DNA from: Azolla caroliniana
Taxonomy: Eukaryota > Plantae > Polypodiophyta
Assembly: GCA_043228905.1 (NCBI GenBank)
Contig: JBHGNT010000010.1
Span: 18,848,001-18,912,000 of the forward strand
Direction of reading: 5' to 3'
DNA length: 64,000 bases
The notes under the pieces were generated by a model. That model was not told the DNA's origin, made no database searches, and saw nothing but the letters and a program-made list of their open reading frames with translations. A program made the position numbers and the translations under genes. This document shows, piece by piece, positions 55,891 to 64,000 of the stretch (position 1 is the first letter of the stretch; every line of letters starts with the position of its first letter).

Positions 55891-57548
55891 ATGGCGGCGC
55901 AGGCGCAGGCCCAGCAGCAGAAGCAGAAGAAGGAGGAGGAATCGTTCGCGAAGCGTGTGGACAGAGCCTTTGGCTCTCTGGGCGTTAGCTGCGTCGGTCG
56001 TGGCGATGGCACCACCACCGCCGCCGCTCTCTCTGTCTCTGCCTCTGCCTCTGCCTCTACCTCTCCCTCCATCCCCACGTGGCGTGTGCGCGAGGAGCTC
56101 CGAAGAACACCCCGCAAGGTGGATGTCCAAACTTCTCCTGTCCTTCCAAGATCCGGAGAAGAAGAAGAAGAAGAAGAAGAAGAAGAGGAGGATGAAGAAG
56201 GCGAATATGAAGATGAAGACGATGAAACTCTGCACGAACCTTCTGCGCCTTCTTCTTCTTCTTCATGCCGGGAATTTCGGCTTCTCGCAGGCACAAATGG
56301 CCGTGATCGCATGGATACTGGTGAGCTGGAGGAGGATCTGGAAGAAGAAGGCCGCCAGATGAGAGACATGATTGGATTAGATTGCACTCTCGATTTTGAG
56401 GTAATAAAGAATTCCCTTACTTTCATTTCATGCTGTCTTTTCTTTGCTCCTTTCTCTTGTCCAGTTCTTTCTGCTGTTTTTTTTTTTCTTTGTCTCACTT
56501 GTGTTTTTCTCTTCTTCTTTTTTTGGCTTTTCTATCTCTTATGTGAGAAATCTCCGCCGCATCTTTAGACTCCGTTTATTATTATTATCATCGTGCCTTT
56601 CTTCTCTCATTGTTTGTGTGCTGCATTTATCATGTGTAGGAAGAAGAAGATGAATTTGATAAAGCTGCAATTGGGCGAGAATTAGTGGGTGAAAACGAAA
56701 GGGTATACATGAGGGAAATCATTGATGTCAACACAAAATCGATTCCTTCAGCAAATTCTCTACACTTGTCTCTCCATGATATCAATTCGATGGTAAGAGA
56801 TCCTCGGGCAAACCATTTAGCTGCAAGAGCTCGCATAGAAGAAGATGAGAGAAATGCCACAGCACTTGAAATGAAGGAAGAAGATGAGGCACGTGTAGAG
56901 TTTATAGCTGAAGAGTCCAAGATGGATTTGATCACATGTATGAAGAGAGAAAGCAGTGAAACGAAATTAATAGAAAGTAACATGCCCAGAGCTGCTCGGG
57001 AAGAAGGACCTGTAAAGAGAGTGAGATTTGCTGATGACATTGTTCTCGAGGACATGAAAGAGAAGGATAATTTGTTTATAAGGCCCAAACCTTCATCAGT
57101 TGCTGCATCACAAGTACCTGATCATATAAAAAACCCGTCCAAGTATACTCGCTACACCCTTGATTGGTCAGTTGAAGATAATGATGATACTACTAATCTT
57201 CAGGCATTGGATGCGTGCTTCGAGACCAGAAAAACAAACCAGAGTAAAGAATCTGATGATATTATAGAGGAAACCCCTAAGAAGATCCACTATATACCAA
57301 GAAAATCGGTTCGCGAGACCATCGAGAAAACTGAAACCGGAGATGTTCATCACCAAGCTACCATTATGCATAGCCACAGAAGTAGAATGTGTATAGATCA
57401 GTTTGAGAAGGAAAGTGAAACAATCATGGAGTTGGATGACGACGACGTTATGAAGACGAAGATTGTGTCAAGTAGTGCAATTCCTAGAAGATACAGATCA
57501 AAGAAAGAGACTGAAACAACAGATGGTGATCTTTTGAGGAGTTTGTAA
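55891..57548 (+). CDS. TSSC4: TSSC4-like (U5 snRNP-associated) protein, 2 exons: 55891-56400 and 56640-57548
   Basis: N-terminal SFAKRVDRAFGSL, spliced GLDCTLDFE|EEEDEFDKAA, and VPDHIKNPSKYTRYTLD (TSSC4 signature). GT-AG phase-0 intron. An alternative ATG lies at 55858. Confidence 0.82.
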
Positions 57549-60115
57549 TGATGATTGTTTAATGTACCACACATCATGAGAATTGATTTGCCTCCTCTAC
57601 AAGAGATTCCAATGCCATGTCTTTTGTCGTCTTATATATTTCAAGATACACACTCTTTCTCTTTTGTTGTAATGGATCTTTCTCAAAGCACATACTTCAC
57701 TGTTGATACTGCTTTGTAGGTTTTTTGTAACTTCTCAGCTTTCAAAATAGCAGCCCATGCTTTGTATAGTTCCAGTGGGCATTCTTACTTGGATGGAGCA
57801 TCACTCCCCACAGGAGAATTTTGACAGCTCCATGTTTTTTTCATTACAAGCTAGGTTGGTTATTGTGCTTGATACTTCAGTGGAATGCTTGATTATGTTC
57901 ATTAGGAAGCGGTTTCATTTATGTAGTTCAATAGGAAACAGTTTGAATAGGAAAGTGTTGGCCTTGCTTAATAAATATACAGTCTATATTTCATAATGGT
58001 TTTTGTTTCTGCACGATATCAATGGCAAGCAATTAGAAAACATTGGGCATTGTCTATTTACGTGCGTGGTTTAAAATTCACATTTTGTTACTATCAATGT
58101 GATCATTGTAGCTGTATGCATCTAGATATTGGCACAACAGAATTCTTTTGTCTCTACATGCGTTTCTCATATGCCATTGTTCAAGGTGTGCAAACCATAA
58201 ACAGAGCTATCTAGCAGTGTTGTGTGTGAGAAGTTGGCTATACTTGTTTGGGGACAATAAGTTGTCGTTTGTTACTGGAGCTAATCATTTATTTGTTAAG
58301 AATATGCATGAGTTATGATAAATAAGCATTCTTTGAATTCAAGATAAAAGATCAAGACTAAAGAGCTGTATTTTAGAAGCTGAAAGATAGCTATTATAGC
58401 CATGTCGAATGCATATGCACAATAAGAGATCATAGATTGGGCTAATATAATTATTCTGCTATCCTGCCTTCCCGTTTTTACTGGTTTATAGAAGAGAGAA
58501 TGATGCCACTTTTATGTGAAAAATGAGAATGGAGTTAGTCGAGGATCAGCAATCAAAAGGCAAATGGAGACCAATGAAGCGTGGTTGATTTCATGGATGA
58601 GGGGTAGTGACTTCATGTTCAATCCATGAGGCAAATAATGTCTTTCCAATAGATAATTACATAAAGACATTTTCTTGTGAGTGCATCTCAAAAAATCAGG
58701 ATGATGAAGCATAACAATTTGTGGTTACAATGACGACAATGTATATTAAGCTAAATGTAGGCATAAATTGTGCCTTCTAAGAAATGTTATGTCAATCAAT
58801 AAGCTTCTAAATATCAAAAGTTTAAATAGATGCTTCCAAAATCATACAATATGACATTATTGAGGGCCAAGGAAGAATCAATTGGGAGTTATATGTAAGT
58901 TATGATATTTGATCTAAAAACCAACTCTAGAGATTCCATCACTATGCTTCTTTCCTATTTGGTTTAACGAACATTATTTTGGAATATTCTAAATGCTTAA
59001 AAGGCCAAATGTTTGGCTCAAATTTGGCGTAATGACTTGTTATGAAGTTCTTGAACAAGAACCCATGCTAAGGGATGATCCAATGTTTCAAACATGGTAT
59101 TTATCTAGTGTTAGAGATGAACACTTTTGTCCATCAAGGAAGGTTGTCCTCCTAGCTAATTGATGACTAAATAAACTTCATGGGCAATAACGACATAAAT
59201 TGCTTACTTCTACTAGTTAAATTTTCTAGTAGAATAATGGCTTTGTTTGGATTATGAAGACATTTTTGTGTTGACGTTTCCGACATGAAACTATATAGTT
59301 GATGTGCATGTCGTTTGATAAAAACTGCAACGTTCCAATGTAGGATACTCATATTTGGTGTGGTTGTGATGTGAAGAAGCAACATAGTAGATAGTCAATT
59401 TGAAATATATCATCTACATGAGGGCCGCAATATGATTAAAGGTGATATATTCTTCTTGTTGGGCCAAGTGACCCATGACTTACAAGTTATAGAGAGTTCA
59501 ATTTAGGGATAAACATACAAACTTATTTGCATCTTATGAGAGCTACAATGCAATGATGTGAAATACTTCGAGAATGTTATTGATATACAATACAATACTT
59601 GTGCAATGCTCCAAAAATAGAGCGAGATACTAGTATTGATTTATACATCACAAATACTTGTGCAAGAAGCCATTTCACTAGAGGAAATTTGCCATGTGAG
59701 GAACATTGGGCGGGTCGAGGAAAAGGCCAGATATCTCGTACGTAGACACAAAATATTGTCCGGCAAACATGAGGGGGCGCGATGGGGTTCATTTGTCAAG
59801 GTGCTTGGCCCGAAACATATTGAGAGACACTGGGAATCAAACAAGAAAGGACCAATCCCCCCCTCCCCCCCCTTGTGTTTGTTTATAATACAAGGGAGAG
59901 ACCATCCCCCGCAGGGCGAGGTGACCGCCACAAAAGCCCGCCCGAAACTGAATAGGTGTAGAAACAGATGAATAGGCACATCCAAACACAACATCTGTAC
60001 AAACAATTCAACGTGAAATGGCATACCTGCAGGATTGATTGAAGGCACAGGAGGAGAAACACAGAGACAGAGACAGAGACAGAGAGAGAGAGAGAGAGAG
60101 AGAAAGAAGGAAGAG

Positions 60116-60535
60116 ATGGGTGTGACGGAGATGCGGGACGTGGTGGCGCACTACGTGTGCTCATCGGACCCCAATTCCGATGTTTCGTCGCTAGAGGACG
60201 TGGAGAGAGGCATGGCCGCGCTTGGCTTCGGCCGGACGGAGAGGTTCGAAACATCCGAGGGATCGTGGATGCGCTTCCTTCCCGACCACGGGCACGGCCA
60301 TGGCCATGGCCATAGCCATGACCATGGGCATGCGCATGGCCGACACTTGTCCGAGTCCGCAGCCGATTCCCCTTGCAAGAGCGCGAGCGAATTCGCCTAC
60401 GAACTTAAGTTGCCCATCCACCTCCACGTCGCGCCCCGCCCCGACCTCCACTTCCGGCCCTTCTTTCAAGCACTCCGCTTCTTCACCGACCGCACCAATA
60501 AGCCCCCACCGTTCCACCTCAAGAATGTCGAGTAA
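60116..60535 (+). CDS. Unrecognised protein with a His-Gly repeat; complete 139-aa ORF or first exon of a longer gene
   Basis: GC-rich, coding-like ORF after a (GA)n leader. The stop codon overlaps a good donor site (GA|GTAAGG). Confidence 0.6.
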   Translation: MGVTEMRDVVAHYVCSSDPNSDVSSLEDVERGMAALGFGRTERFETSEGSWMRFLPDHGHGHGHGHSHDHGHAHGRHLSESAADSPCKSASEFAYELKLPIHLHVAPRPDLHFRPFFQALRFFTDRTNKPPPFHLKNVE

Positions 60536-60577
60536 GGCCGAGCCCACCCAAGCCCAGGGGGGTCCTCTCTCTCTCTG

Positions 60578-60724
60578 TATGTATGTATGTATGTATGTAT
60601 GTATGTATGTATGTATGTATGTATGCATGCATGCATGTGTGTGTGTGTGTGTGTATGGATGGATGTGCATGTATGTATGTATGTACGTATGTATGTGTGT
60701 ATGTGTATGTATGTATATGTATAT
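60578..60724. repeat. (TATG)n/(TG)n microsatellite
   Basis: Direct inspection. Confidence 0.95.
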
Positions 60725-61325
60725 GCTTTACTCACCCACTTTTTTTTATTGAGTTTTGGGATTTGCTCATTAATGCCTTTGTTTGTTCGATGCACGATGA
60801 AATGATTCATGAACCGTGGGGTGCAGTTGCGAGGCGCAAAGGTGCCGATATTGGGTGAGTTGTAAAGAGCTCTATGGTATGCAGAGAGCTCCGAGTAGTG
60901 TGAAAGAGTACTGAAGGTATTCATAGATCAACACCAATCATTAGTATTATTATCATCCCACGTCAAACGATCGATCACATGTACACATATATATTTCAAC
61001 TCAAGTCTAAAACTCATGGGAAGAACAAGCTTTATCTATCTTTAGAGCCTCAATTCGGCAATCCTTGAAATTTTTCGATTGTATATTTTATATATCACAA
61101 CATGGTGCTTGCTATAACGTACTTTTCTATGTTGTAATGTATCTAAATAAGAGCACCAATTATCAATTACCCAAAGCTAAAGGACATGCTTTCAACAATC
61201 ATATTGACATTGCTATTATGGTTGAAAAAACTAGGAAAATGCCATTACAATAGAAGTATATAAAATGTATATACATATAGCTTTAATTCAGTAACCCCCA
61301 AAGCATTTTAGCAATATCCATAAAT

Positions 61326-61374
<49 letters not shown>

Positions 61375-63489
61375 TAGCTTAACCCTAGACTCTAATGAGG
61401 TTGAAATTGTGCGCAAAAAGTTCCCTCTTGCCATGCAATCAAGTTTTGAGTAAAAACCCTTGAAGAGTTGCTAGGACTTCTTTCTTTTCTTATTGGTAGC
61501 TATGATGGACAATTAACTTGCGATCCTTGACATATACAAGTTTATAAAGTAGAGTGGAGGTTGCATACAATTATCATAGATATCTCTATACAACTTTGGC
61601 GTGATTCCAAGTAACTTGCTAATTGCAACCAACTAATGTCACTATACAAAAAGTGTGACCTTCTACAACGTTTACCAATTCAAAATTGACATAACAAATT
61701 TCTGATATTGGACATAGATTACCCAAAAATATGGTTATTTTTCTTCATATACCTCTAATGACTCCTCCCGTTGAATGCACTTATATGTGAATATTGTTAC
61801 AAACTTTACTATTAAACATCTCATTGTTTTTGCAATAAGACCAATGAAGTGCTATTGTAGTCATACTTAACTTCATGTATACATGTGTGTAAATATACAT
61901 TATATACTTAATACTTCAATATTTTGAAGAGAAGGATCATAACAATGCTCTTTACTCTATAATAAGTGTTCTTTATATCCCAACTTTATAATTAAATTTA
62001 GTTTATTCTAAGACTCTGAAAATATGCTAGTTACGACTCTCTTCATTTCTTAAACTCCCCAGATTCTCCTCACCTCCTCAAAATGCCCATGGTCTATCTC
62101 AAAAGGTGAAAAAGGGGGATGAATTGGGCATTTAATTGTTCAAATGACATAAAGTCTAGAGAAAAGGGGAAGTTGATAAAGGGTATTTGAGGAAATGAAG
62201 AAAATCTCAAAAGAGTATGCATTTCAATGGGGAGGAAGGTATATGAGTCAAAGGTGAAGTGCAGAGAGCACCACAGGTGCAGAGTATAGAGAGAGAGATT
62301 CTAATTAAACTACTTTGATATTTAGGGTTAGAGATAAACTCTTTGAGATTCAAATATGTAGTTTAGTTTATCAAAGTGTCTCAAGTCTTGAAATTGCGCA
62401 TTGTAATTGACTCGTTGTAAAAAATCCTCATGACATAATTTAGTTGGTTTCATTGACATTTTTATACAAAATGCACCCTCTTAAATATAACAATTGTCAT
62501 ACCATGGTTGAAATGTTTATGGTCTTAACTATTGAGCATTCAATAGCCTGGACAAAACGAAAATACTAGCTTGTTCCCTACCAATAAACCTTGTGTACAA
62601 ATCTAATCTTTTGTAAATTGTGACCTAAAAATCATACAGTAAAACCTAGTAGTAAAGATAATTAATTAATTAATTAAAACATGGTTGGCTTAACATATGA
62701 TGACGATGTTTTTGTTGAACCATGGTCGAATAAAATTCTTACAATGTCCATCTACATATTGGATTCTGCATAATTATCTTTATCTTTATCTCCATGATGA
62801 AAGTTTTCACTTTCTCTGTTGTGTTCAGTTACTTTCCTCATTGTGGTTACTCAAGAATGTTCTTGCTTTAACACCACCTATTGTGTATAGGGCCTAATCT
62901 ACACCGACTTGGTACAGTTGGGCCAACATCTTCACACACATCAGAATCCAATTCAACCTAGACCAATGGCATGTCTGCGGACCATTGAACCTCGTCTGTT
63001 TCAAACTGGGCATAAATGTTGTCTTGCCTGATTTCAACAAAATAACTGTTGTTAATTAATGTCATAAGCAAAGAATAAAAGCCAACATGTGCACTTACTA
63101 TTAACTTGAGATTCAGGAAAGCTTCAATATTGAATCGCGATATTTGAAGCCTCATTCCATATTTTCTAACATAACCCAAAAAAGAGTGACAATTATACCT
63201 TGTCTTGTTTTCTCTTGACAAAACTGGAGCAACCATTGCATAAAGCACATTATCCATCCTCTTGGGTCCAAGAGAATGGCCGACATTTTGATTCCAGGAC
63301 ATCTCAGACAAGAGTCATAAGTGATACTGGCAAAACCAAGCCAATTTTAGTTCTGCCAGGTAGTGTAAGGTCTTATACTACCCACCAATCCTCAAAGAGA
63401 TCCCCCATTAAAGCACCTAGAAGTTCGTTAGTTTTCAGGAAAGCCATGTGTCTTTATTCCTTTTCTATGTTTCCTTCTAGGAGCAGAAA

Positions 63490-63993
63490 AATGTCTGCCT
63501 ACCTTCGGCAGCTTCTACTCGACACAATCTGCGAACTCAAATACCTGAAACCTGACTCAATGCAGAATAGAATCAATCATAAAACCAAGGTTGGGGATAT
63601 GTATTAAGCATTTCCATAATATTTGATGGGATTTGCCACAGCACTTACCAATTAGTGTGGATTCCATGTTTGAAAGTGGCATGAACTTGGTTGTTCTTTT
63701 CCACATGACTATCCAACACACTGAAAGGAGCCATATTGTTAGATTTCTCAAAACAGGGTGTATGTGTGCGTAATATTGGGCACACATTTCTGTTTAGAGG
63801 CATGCTGCATTTTGGAAAGCTTGACTGCCCAACTGTATATTTCCCCAATGTTTACAAGCATCCAATATAGAAAAGTATTGATGTCTGCGTACCTTCTGCA
63901 GCTTCTACTCAACACAATCTGCAAACTCAAATACCTGAAACCTGAGCCAATGCAGAACAGAAATGATCATAATACCAAGGTTGGGGATATGTA
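63490..63993 (-). mobile_element. Direct repeat (~113 nt, 390-nt spacing) of a probable decayed LINE RT segment
   Basis: 63490-63603 is similar to 63880-63993. Minus strand encodes SGFRYLSSQIV, which resembles the LINE RT FRYLGS.I motif. Confidence 0.45.
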
Positions 63994-64000
63994 AGCTTTT

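Noticed and set aside
55741-57088. Antisense and alternative-frame ORFs over the TSSC4-like gene
   Set aside because: Shadows of a GC-rich, GAA-repeat coding region with no independent motifs.
60191-60924. ORFs rich in MYVC/HTYI
   Set aside because: Translations of the (TATG)n microsatellite.

Overview
Eukaryotic, AT-rich, intron- and microsatellite-rich land-plant nuclear DNA. A non-seed plant such as a fern is my inference, not a proven assignment. Host genes: a GLUTAMINE DUMPER-like gene (+, ~11.5-12.2 kb); a 35-exon PHYLLO (-, 33955..12961, ~1991 aa) that retains an apparently complete isochorismate synthase module (MenF-MenD-MenC-MenH); AUGMIN7 (-, 9 exons); an intron-containing tRNA-Tyr(GTA); an At5g19025-like gene; a TSSC4-like gene; and an unrecognised His-rich gene at ~60.1 kb. 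Mobile DNA: a decayed Ty3/gypsy (Tf1/Tcn1-like) element at the left edge, many truncated copies of an RTEX-like LINE family, hAT-type MITEs and tRNA-like (SINE) heads. The most notable observations are four. (1) The gypsy element has a 17-bp Tf1-style self-priming duplex in place of a tRNA PBS, plus a -1 ribosomal frameshift signal (G_UUA_AAC and an 11-bp stem). (2) The LINE ORF2 carries a C-terminal PCNA PIP-box consensus (QxxIxxFF) seen in six copies, and its 3' end has a stem-loop with a compensatory change. (3) PHYLLO keeps an intact ICS domain. (4) An unexplained, highly structured ~180-nt island lies at 36.1 kb. All exon and structure calls were made by eye; no searches were run.
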